Source of the DNA: an uncultured virus (IMG/VR IMGVR_UViG_3300025030_000084)
Lineage: Duplodnaviria; Heunggongvirae; Uroviricota; Caudoviricetes
Reading direction: 5' to 3' (one strand)
IMG/VR virus record: IMGVR_UViG_3300025030_000084
Length of the DNA stretch: 20,000 nt
Part shown: positions 8,101 to 15,638 of the stretch, one piece after another
How positions within the stretch are numbered: the first letter of the stretch is position 1
Layout: each line of letters starts with the position of its first letter
Notes under the pieces: generated by a model
What the model was told of the DNA's origin: nothing
Databases searched by the model: none
What the model saw: the letters and a program-made list of their open reading frames with translations, nothing else
Made by a program: the position numbers and the translations under genes

Positions 8101-10833
8101 GGGATTAAAGCCGCAGCCGCACAACTGGAATGGGCTGCACGTCTTGTTGACGCTAAAACTAAAGGTATCGAACTGACAAAGCAACTCGGTAACGTAACGG
8201 TTGAGACGAATATCGCCGTTGCGCGTTCCAATAGAGATTTGATCGATCAGCAGGAGGCGCTTACTATCAGCGTACTTCAAGGACAAGGGAAGACCAAGGA
8301 AGCAGCAGAGGCCCAACTTACAACTAGAAAAGCGCAGCTTGAGATAACTGCACTTGAGACTGAGAAAACCGCAGCCGCAATAGCAGGGGATTTTCAGCGT
8401 TACGCCTTGGTTGTGTCTTTGTTGAATCTGAAGAACAAGGATATTGAATTAACGCGTAAGCAAATAGAGTTAAACGAAAAGCGTAAACAGGCCGACCCTG
8501 TGATAGCTTTAAAAAATGCGACCGGAGATTCTGTAGGTGCGTTAGAATTGGCGCAGGCCATTGAAAGGGAAGCTGAAGCGGTATCAGGTCTATCTGAAAA
8601 GGCGACTTCTGCCGCTGAAGCTATGCGCAAACTGAACATGGAAAAGGCGAAGCTTTCGCAGGGTTCGGAACTGGCAGACTTGCAGATTGCCGGTATAGGC
8701 GACCCTAACGCAAGGGCGATAGCACAAGAGCAACGGCGGCATGACGTATTCATGAAGAATAAGCAGCTTGAGTTGAACGCCGTGGAGAAGGGTTCTAAGC
8801 GGGCGCTGGAAATTCAGGCGCAAATGAATCAAGACACAGCAAACAAGGATGCAGCGGTAAATAAGCTGAAGCTTGACGGCGCGGCTCAGTACACAGGCAT
8901 GGCGGGGCAACTCTTCTCTGCACTCGCAACCACTCAGGATGAAAGCAGCCGGAAGGGGTTTGAAGCAGCAAAGGCATTTAACATAGCGGCGGTTATCATG
9001 AACACGGCAACCGCAGTCATGGCACAGCTATCAATTCCCGGCCCCGTAGGTTGGGCGGGTGCTGCACTGGCCGGTGCAATGGGCGTTATCAATCTAGCCA
9101 AGGTTATGTCTACCACTTTCGGAGGGGCTGGTTCCATTGCTTCTTCACCTAGCGGCGGGTTTGGTGCAGGTTCTTCCGTGGACGGTAATCGTGGTGTTGG
9201 GGGGAGTATCGGTTCAAGGATAACTTCTGCTTATGACCAGCAATCGCAGGAATCTTTGGGTAGGATAGCAGGAAGCATGGAAAACGCTTCTTTGGCAATT
9301 ATGAAAGTTGCCGATGGGCTTACCAAGATATCCGACCTGTTTAAAGAGGGCGGTTTCCTAGCAATGGCTTCGGGTGCGGCACCGGGGATTAACGGGGAAA
9401 CGAACAGGGTAGAATCTGCCGGATGGTTCAAGACAACCACGGGCCTTAACGGTTTCTCCAAGTACACCGACCCACTTGCGGTTTTTAAGAATATCGGCAG
9501 CGGTCTTTTCGGCATGGGTAATAAGTTCCAGACAACCGGGGGCGGTTTTACCTTGGGTCTGGAAAACGGGGATATTTCCAGTCAGAACTATATCGAACAG
9601 AAGAAAGCGGGGGGCTGGTTCAAGAAGGGTAAGACTCGCACCCTTTATAACGAAGGGGATGCTGGTTTTGAAGACGCAATGCAAACGGCGCTTGACCAGA
9701 TCAAAGCAACTGTTATCAGGGCAGCAGCAAGCACCGGCACCACTACAGCACTGAATGAAGCGAAGATCGATCAGATGAAGATAGCAACTGCTGGCCGGTC
9801 TTCCGAAGACATACAGAAAGACCTTGAGGCATTTTTCACTCAGGCGTCAAACGAGCTTGCAAAAACAACCGTAGGGCTGAAGGAATTTGCGTTCTATGGG
9901 GAGGACGCCTTTACCGCTTTGGTGCGCCTCTCGACCTCTTTACAGGGCGTAAACGAGCTATTTGAACTCACGAACCACACGCTCATAGCAGCCTCTCTTG
10001 AAGGGGCAGACGCCGCATACAGGCTTGCCGATGCTTTCGGTGGGCTTGAGGAAATGAGTGATAGCGTAAATGAATACTTTCAAGGAATGTTCACCGACTC
10101 GGAGCGGGCTGCTTTGGAAACCGCACAGGCAACAAGACAGGTTCAAGCGGCGTTTGCTGGCATACATCAAACCGTTCCTAAAACCCGTGAGGAATTCAGG
10201 ACGCTTGTTGATTCTCTTGACGTAACAACCAAGGGCGGTGCGGAGTTGTATGTTGCCTTAATGGACATAGCCCCTGCGTTTGTTACCATGACGGAAGCGG
10301 CGGTAACAGCGGCACAGGAAATGCGGGACGCTTTCTTGGATTCGGCAATGTCGGCAGCACAAGCCCTGAAGGATATCATGGGCGGACCTCTTTCCACGCT
10401 TACCCCACGGGAACAGTTAATGCAACAGCAGGCCGCGTTTGCAACGGCGCTGGCTACCGGCAACAACGAGGTACTTCCGGAACTCGGACAATCCCTGCTG
10501 GAGACTGCCCGTGAAATGTTCGGGTCTGGTAGCGGGTATCAGAACGAGTACAACAACGTTACTACTGCACTGGCGGCTGTTGCGGGCATAGACGGACCTA
10601 TCACAATGGACGTGGTGGAACGACAGATCCGCGCCATTACGGACACGCAAAGCGCCATAGAGCGCGGAACGGCAGCAACCGTACAATCCATTGCAGAACT
10701 CAGGGCCGAGATAGCGGCGTTACGTGCGGAACAGGCTAGAAACACGGCGGCAACGGTTGCGGCTACTCAGGCGGGAGCCGATACGGTAGCGGATGCGGTC
10801 GTAGGTGCAGTATCTGCCGGAGCGAGGGCATAA
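5107..10833 (+). CDS. Tail tape measure protein (1908 aa)
   Basis: Longest ORF, directly after the chaperones. Ala/Leu/Glu/Lys-rich helical sequence with hydrophobic Gly/Ala segments (e.g. LGGPVGAIITVLGVAAMAWFTF). Confidence 0.95.
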   Translation: MGHETFLRVGIDGTGAQTGARVVTRSLSDISNQAAQTHNSMQHLRNIFLGFGGAAVGIYGVATAFQKLREALMGVLEYMGRIETETLGIAASFTTGGRFVETLTGKVLQGQNALNAAMNVSRSVIDQLRVANFNTIATLDQLIYAYQVTLPVAMGKGFDKAKVMDFTVAMVQAAGAIGLPFDQIAEETRSMLTGNITRNSRIAQVLGIRPEDVHAIKNDSEALFSFLMGRLEGFKQAGIESQKTWAGLWSNFKDVAQQALSLSFEPMFNEVKRGLKGMIDYMGTVDNEAKKFNWNPEVLENLKELKEGLKDVLAFISGTVSFFNKYGDAILTVVKAYVGYKAAILANTLLQKTMNSELMQTIALQIKLATTVTRTQVKDGYDYKGRMLSPFGQVGTNGGMHGDGSTVISGDVAGMNKFKQAANANAAAAAASAMAAETAAVRELSAAKLAEQKTRLAVNLAEQESIRTSMQSLSSTQAANTATYAKIAAKEREAASEVTSLTMLRASIEAERALIVTKMQALDADAVALALQERTLIAKQANRAATVAETQQLLVQKQALIAKWESELFFEGRSLTQSSGLNLLKQQEINLRRSLSAHTRQAAVEEATLVTIKQKAIATDVAKAQAINALVPLAVQQNGVERQLSAAVATHSALELRAGSALTERGVAAKQLVATEIAQVGIEKELTAATTAATIATANEQKATNAATVAKIRATEANAALTLSSRLAAGAMGILRGALAALGGPVGAIITVLGVAAMAWFTFGNKAEEANKKALTDADSVLKNLDDQIDKLNEINRLKSDTKYTPSIDLKDRSLADSSLGLKNDELRAIATYKAELTALDNKLSKMLNDNIGFELSEEDTKRYKELEGSIQRIIDNRLKLNFVEKEQASPEYVANDKVETDAASKLSALRKFQDAKFALEKANSEFSIAGYREDAARKLSILEDSYDQALTASTEYYRERANIEKESIEQEISANNKLIAELKKGGAEKFSVKEDPTGIKAAAAQLEWAARLVDAKTKGIELTKQLGNVTVETNIAVARSNRDLIDQQEALTISVLQGQGKTKEAAEAQLTTRKAQLEITALETEKTAAAIAGDFQRYALVVSLLNLKNKDIELTRKQIELNEKRKQADPVIALKNATGDSVGALELAQAIEREAEAVSGLSEKATSAAEAMRKLNMEKAKLSQGSELADLQIAGIGDPNARAIAQEQRRHDVFMKNKQLELNAVEKGSKRALEIQAQMNQDTANKDAAVNKLKLDGAAQYTGMAGQLFSALATTQDESSRKGFEAAKAFNIAAVIMNTATAVMAQLSIPGPVGWAGAALAGAMGVINLAKVMSTTFGGAGSIASSPSGGFGAGSSVDGNRGVGGSIGSRITSAYDQQSQESLGRIAGSMENASLAIMKVADGLTKISDLFKEGGFLAMASGAAPGINGETNRVESAGWFKTTTGLNGFSKYTDPLAVFKNIGSGLFGMGNKFQTTGGGFTLGLENGDISSQNYIEQKKAGGWFKKGKTRTLYNEGDAGFEDAMQTALDQIKATVIRAAASTGTTTALNEAKIDQMKIATAGRSSEDIQKDLEAFFTQASNELAKTTVGLKEFAFYGEDAFTALVRLSTSLQGVNELFELTNHTLIAASLEGADAAYRLADAFGGLEEMSDSVNEYFQGMFTDSERAALETAQATRQVQAAFAGIHQTVPKTREEFRTLVDSLDVTTKGGAELYVALMDIAPAFVTMTEAAVTAAQEMRDAFLDSAMSAAQALKDIMGGPLSTLTPREQLMQQQAAFATALATGNNEVLPELGQSLLETAREMFGSGSGYQNEYNNVTTALAAVAGIDGPITMDVVERQIRAITDTQSAIERGTAATVQSIAELRAEIAALRAEQARNTAATVAATQAGADTVADAVVGAVSAGARA

Positions 10834-13688
10834 TGATATCTGACGCTGCATTTAAGGAATGGTTGAATAAGAATAACGTACAACGGGTAATGCTGATGGA
10901 GGCTAACTACTTTGATCCGGCATTGCCCGTAGGTACAACCCCGGCTTATGAGTTTAGCCGCAATTCAACAGCATTAAAACAAGATTGGTCGGTAGTCGCC
11001 GCTAATAAGCCCCGATATGAGGACGGATTGTTCAATACGTCCGTAATGGTCGAGTCCGGTACAACGAATCTTTTCAAGTATTCGCAGGAGTTTAACAATG
11101 CATGGTGGGCTAAAACGCGTAGTTCCATTACGGCTGACGCCACTACCGCTCCCGATGGAACTGCTACCGCTGATAAACTTGTAGCCAACGCAGAGGTTGA
11201 ACTAGCTCACCATACAAACCAGAGCGTTTCAGTCACCGCCGGGACAACGTACACCTTTAGCATATTTGCAAAGGCAGGGGAGTACGGGTACATGGCGTTA
11301 CAGTTTCTTGCCAATAACGGGGCTTACGCAGGTAGTTTGGCTTATTTTGATCTTCTAGCGGGAACGTTCACAAATTCATCGTGCAATAATGCTGGGATGG
11401 AAGATGTAGGCGGTGGCTGGTATCGCTGCTGGGTCTCAGAAACGGCCATAGCAACTGTAGCCGGGCTCCACTCGATAATGCTCTGCCAGAACTACGCCGA
11501 CGTATCTTTCACCGGTGACGGCACATCCGGGATATTCATATGGGGTGCACAGCTTGAGGCGATCCCGTATCTGACTAGTTATATGCCTACAACCTCCGCT
11601 ACTGTAACCCGTAACCACGACAACCTGTCAATACCGAGCAGCCTGCTGAACACTGAGTCGGGTACTGTCGAGTGTTGGGCGCAAGCCAGAAGAAGGGACG
11701 ACCTGGACTATCAGACAGTATTCGCTGCGTGGCCATTTTTCTACGTTAGTGTGTTAGTCGGGACCAGTCAGGCTCGACTACATATTCAGGATGGTGCTGG
11801 TGTGTCGAGAAACTTTACTTCGGTTGCATCAGTCAATACAGCGCAGTGGAATCACTTTGCAGTCACTTGGAACTCTGAACAGATGTGGCTCTACGTGAAC
11901 GGGGTGCTGGCTTGCACTACGGGGGTAAACACCTTTCAGCCCCCACCGGCTGTTCTCCAACTCGGGGCGCGGTCGTCTATGATGTACCTTTGGAACGGCC
12001 TCATTGATAGTGTCCGAGTATCTAACATCAAAAGAAGTCCCGCCGAATTGTATCAAAATGCGCAAGGCGGTAATCCGATGGAATGGGATTCTGCTACTAC
12101 TGCGTTATACACTTTTGACGTAGCACAAGAAAGAACTGTTTATTTAGCGGACAAGCCGTATGTGTCGGGTCCGGCAGATAGTCCCGCCAATCAACCTTAT
12201 GAAGATTCTATTTTGGACACGCCTAAATTTTCTAGTAGCCTTTCTGATGCTATGGAAGGGTACACCGTGCCTAGCTGGGGGGACGCTGTAATAAGCAATG
12301 CCTTGTTTGATAAAGATATCTGGTTTACTTATTCATGGAATGGTAGAGGGGTGCGGTTACTGTTCGGAGATCCCGCTTGGCCTTTGTCTGATTTCCGCTC
12401 TATTCTGGTTGGGACTATATCTGGAATAGCCGCCGCCTCTTCCAATCAAATAAAAATGGCTATCAAAGATAAGCAGTGGGATTTGAACAAGCCGATTCAA
12501 AGTAAGTTGATCGGTGAACCTGTGCTGATTTCGGGAACAACTTACAAGGTTTCCGAATCAGCGGTGGACAGCATAGACGAAATTTGGGATATGGATAGAT
12601 TGTTAGACCCTTCAGAGTACACGACAGATCCCACGGGAACACCCGCAACATTCACATTGGATGTGGGTCCGGTAGGTATCTTGTCGGTTTCCTATACAGG
12701 CGGACCCGCCTCTACCGGACAACCCGTTCCACTGGCTGGGGGTGAAGTGTTTAATGTAACCCCTGTGCTGCTTTCCGCACCCTTGTTGAAATATCAAATC
12801 AACGACGGTCCAATAAAGTCAATAGTGCAGGTTAGGGACGGAGGCGTCCCTATAGTTCATACGGATACCCTGAATGACGGGACATTCATTTTAGGCTCTA
12901 AGCCGGTGGGCGCTGTTACGTGTGATTTCTTGGGCGCAACGAGTGACGGGGTATTGGTTGAAGGGGTGGGACGGCTTATTCGCTGGTACATCCTCAATCA
13001 AACGGACCTCACCACTGCCGATATCAATATGGACAGTCTTTCGGCTTTTGTGAACTTGTGTACTCAGCGAGTTCAGATGTATGTTAATTCCCGCAGGAAC
13101 GTTTTGGATGTTCTGGACGAGTTGATTAGATCGGTAGGGAGCTTTTATACACCTGACCGTAACGGTAAAATGATCTTCGGAAGAATTGATAATCCTTCTG
13201 GAACACCCGTTTTAGAGATAACCGCAGACGATATTGTAGCTGGTAGTTTAAAGATTGCAAAACAATCAGTTCCGTGGCAAACTGCCCGCGTTGCATACGG
13301 CAGGAACTATACGCCACAAACATCAACTCACGGTGCGTTGACGGATTCAGAAAAGGCTCAGTATGCGCAGGCATGGAAATATGCAAAGCGCACCAATCCG
13401 AACATAAAGACAAGCCACCTGCTGGCAGCAGAACCGGACGCCAAACAAACGGCACTTGTAGACGCCGCAGAAGCCTATATAGAGGCGGATCGCCTCTTGG
13501 CCTTAAACGGGGTCGTTAGAACGACATACACGGCAGAATGCCTAATTTTGCCCCTTATATTGAATTTGGGGAATTTGGTCAAAATAACCCATCCTCGATA
13601 TGGTCTTGCAAACGGGAAATTGGTCTACGTGGTAGGTATAAAAGAGTCAATAGTCAACCGGCGAATTACCTTAACGCTTTGGGGATAA
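10833..13688 (+). CDS. Tail-tip / baseplate hub-like protein with inserted carbohydrate-binding and LamG-like domains (951 aa)
   Basis: TAATG overlap with the tape measure stop. Residues ~30-430 carry FSRNSTA...PRY...TNL...WGAQLEA...TSYMPTTSATVTR and a LamG signature (WNHFAVTW...LYVNG...GLIDSVRVSN). The C-terminal part has hub-like motifs (VLDELIRSVG...G-x-M-x-FG; L-x-LGNLVKITHPRYG). Confidence 0.75.
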   Translation: MISDAAFKEWLNKNNVQRVMLMEANYFDPALPVGTTPAYEFSRNSTALKQDWSVVAANKPRYEDGLFNTSVMVESGTTNLFKYSQEFNNAWWAKTRSSITADATTAPDGTATADKLVANAEVELAHHTNQSVSVTAGTTYTFSIFAKAGEYGYMALQFLANNGAYAGSLAYFDLLAGTFTNSSCNNAGMEDVGGGWYRCWVSETAIATVAGLHSIMLCQNYADVSFTGDGTSGIFIWGAQLEAIPYLTSYMPTTSATVTRNHDNLSIPSSLLNTESGTVECWAQARRRDDLDYQTVFAAWPFFYVSVLVGTSQARLHIQDGAGVSRNFTSVASVNTAQWNHFAVTWNSEQMWLYVNGVLACTTGVNTFQPPPAVLQLGARSSMMYLWNGLIDSVRVSNIKRSPAELYQNAQGGNPMEWDSATTALYTFDVAQERTVYLADKPYVSGPADSPANQPYEDSILDTPKFSSSLSDAMEGYTVPSWGDAVISNALFDKDIWFTYSWNGRGVRLLFGDPAWPLSDFRSILVGTISGIAAASSNQIKMAIKDKQWDLNKPIQSKLIGEPVLISGTTYKVSESAVDSIDEIWDMDRLLDPSEYTTDPTGTPATFTLDVGPVGILSVSYTGGPASTGQPVPLAGGEVFNVTPVLLSAPLLKYQINDGPIKSIVQVRDGGVPIVHTDTLNDGTFILGSKPVGAVTCDFLGATSDGVLVEGVGRLIRWYILNQTDLTTADINMDSLSAFVNLCTQRVQMYVNSRRNVLDVLDELIRSVGSFYTPDRNGKMIFGRIDNPSGTPVLEITADDIVAGSLKIAKQSVPWQTARVAYGRNYTPQTSTHGALTDSEKAQYAQAWKYAKRTNPNIKTSHLLAAEPDAKQTALVDAAEAYIEADRLLALNGVVRTTYTAECLILPLILNLGNLVKITHPRYGLANGKLVYVVGIKESIVNRRITLTLWG

Positions 13689-13694
13689 CCTGAT

Positions 13695-14552
13695 ATGGCA
13701 AACATGAGAATCTTACACACAAACGTCATAGACGCTGCCAGCAACCTCACTTCTACCCCAGCATGTGTGTCTACCATGCCTATAAGCAATATCAAAATGC
13801 CTGAACGTGGTAAGTTTGCAAGGATGGTGGGGGCTACCTCATGGACCGTCACCGGGGAAGTTATGGGGGCGATAGCTGGATTTAGTATTGTCGGCCACAA
13901 CTTCACCGGGGGAGCTACTGTTAGATTGCGCCTTTATTCTGATATTGCCATGACCGCAGTGGTGTACGATTCTACGGCATTGGCTGTAGGTACTCCTCAA
14001 ACGTGGGGCAATCCCGCAGCCTCCCCCAATGGAGGTTTGGCTTGGGGTGTTCTTCCTTGGATGGATACCGGTTTGTTACCGGGAACGCCTGAATATTTTA
14101 CTATCTGGTTTGCTTCTGTCGGTAATGCGGCAGCTTTCAAACTGGAGGTAGTGGACGCCGGGAACGCAGACGGCTTTTTGCAGATGGGGCGTATTTACAT
14201 GGGGTCTTATTGGTCCCCGCTTGTCAACGTAGCCTATGGGTTGAAAAAGGCGTGGAAGGAAGCATCTGTTTTGGCAAGAACGGACGGGGGTAGCTTACGC
14301 ACAGAGGGTTATCTGCCTTACCGTTTCTTCAGTGCTAATTTTGCATATATGGCCGAATCTGACAGGGGTGCTTTTGATACCCTGTTACGAAAAATAGGCA
14401 AGCGTGTTGACGTGCTTGTCAGTTTCTATCCGGGGTTGGGGGGTGCGTTAGAGAGAGACTATACAGCAGCGGTCAAGTTTACCAATTTGCCGGACCTATC
14501 ATCTGTCGCTGCTTCTTATTTTGACACTTCAGCAGAACTGGAGGAAATATAA
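13695..14552 (+). CDS. Distal tail (Dit)-like tail-tip protein (285 aa)
   Basis: N-terminal jelly-roll-like part (GHNFT...VRLRL) and C-terminal P-x-x-N-x-x-YG...RTDGG...ELEE pattern seen in siphophage tail-tip proteins. Dit assignment is inference. Confidence 0.6.
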   Translation: MANMRILHTNVIDAASNLTSTPACVSTMPISNIKMPERGKFARMVGATSWTVTGEVMGAIAGFSIVGHNFTGGATVRLRLYSDIAMTAVVYDSTALAVGTPQTWGNPAASPNGGLAWGVLPWMDTGLLPGTPEYFTIWFASVGNAAAFKLEVVDAGNADGFLQMGRIYMGSYWSPLVNVAYGLKKAWKEASVLARTDGGSLRTEGYLPYRFFSANFAYMAESDRGAFDTLLRKIGKRVDVLVSFYPGLGGALERDYTAAVKFTNLPDLSSVAASYFDTSAELEEI

Positions 14553-14933
14553 ATGCCCGCAGACTACGCCGCCTATAAGACCGTTTTAAATGACCCTGAC
14601 TATGCGACTAAGATTAACGACTTCATGGACGTTGTAGAAACCAATATGAACGAGAAATTGGACACGGCGGATTTGACGTTCAAAGAGATCAAGCCGATAA
14701 CGGCAGATTACACGGTGCTTGATACTGATTACACATTGGAAGTGGATGCTACCGTTGCGGCGGTTACGATAACACTGCCGGAGGCGACAACAAACGAAGG
14801 ACGCATACTCGTGTTTATCCGTATAGATAGCACAGCCTATGCGGTGAACCTCGGAGCAATCACAACGCTGGACCTTCCCGGCGAGTGCATAACCTTACAA
14901 TCCAATGGTACGACTTGGAAGAGGATAGCCTAA
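14553..14933 (+). CDS. Short fibre/adaptor protein (126 aa)
   Basis: SD GGAGG. Short N-terminal helical anchor, then the fibre-associated motif TADYT...D...VDAT...VTITLP-x-A...GR...G-x-x-W. Confidence 0.7.
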   Translation: MPADYAAYKTVLNDPDYATKINDFMDVVETNMNEKLDTADLTFKEIKPITADYTVLDTDYTLEVDATVAAVTITLPEATTNEGRILVFIRIDSTAYAVNLGAITTLDLPGECITLQSNGTTWKRIA

Positions 14934-15625
14934 TGGGAATAGATAGTCGCATACTTGTTACCGACTCCGTGGGCTTCGGACGTTACCTTTCCATCAGAAC
15001 TTTTGATGACAGATTGACCATTACTGATGAAACCACCGGGCAGGTAATGACCCTATCACTTTCTACCACGGTGGAAGGTAAAAATAAAGGGGATCAAATG
15101 GCTGGTTCCGTCCCGTTAGAAACTACGTGGGGCGTGGGGGCAGCAGTGGTACAAGGTGCTGTAGAGGAGCTATCGGGGGAAATGGGGGCTTTGGGTAACA
15201 TAGCATTCATTGTAAGCAGTCATGATCCTTTATGCCCTAACGCTTTCGCTTTGAATTCTTTGAGCGAGGGTATCCTGAGAAATACATCAACCGGTATTCC
15301 AGAAATAGCTGTTGCTGCTAACTTCCCCATCCTTAATCAAAGCACAACGGGGAATGCTAGTACAGCTACAAAACTCCAAACGGCAAGGAGCATCAATGGA
15401 CAGGTATTTGACGGAACAGAAAACATAACCATTACTGCTGTTGCTTCTGATGTATCTGCTTGGGCGAAGTCGCCTACTAAGCCGACCTATACAGCAGCCG
15501 AAGTTAACGCGGTTTCTACTACTAGCCCGATTACAGTAAATGCAGCGGCTACGGACCTCACTACGGCTATTGCCCTTTTGAATCAGATACGTCAATTACT
15601 TATTGATAAAAGTTTAGCTCAATAA
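14933..15625 (+). CDS. Tail fibre-like protein (230 aa)
   Basis: Start re-assigned to ATG 14933 (TAATG overlap, same frame as 14885). Common fibre motifs GNASTATKLQTARSINGQVFDG and DVSAWAK..KPTYTAAEV; C-terminal amphipathic helix DLTTAIALLNQIRQLL. Confidence 0.75.
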   Translation: MGIDSRILVTDSVGFGRYLSIRTFDDRLTITDETTGQVMTLSLSTTVEGKNKGDQMAGSVPLETTWGVGAAVVQGAVEELSGEMGALGNIAFIVSSHDPLCPNAFALNSLSEGILRNTSTGIPEIAVAANFPILNQSTTGNASTATKLQTARSINGQVFDGTENITITAVASDVSAWAKSPTKPTYTAAEVNAVSTTSPITVNAAATDLTTAIALLNQIRQLLIDKSLAQ

Positions 15626-15638
15626 AGGAGATAATTTT

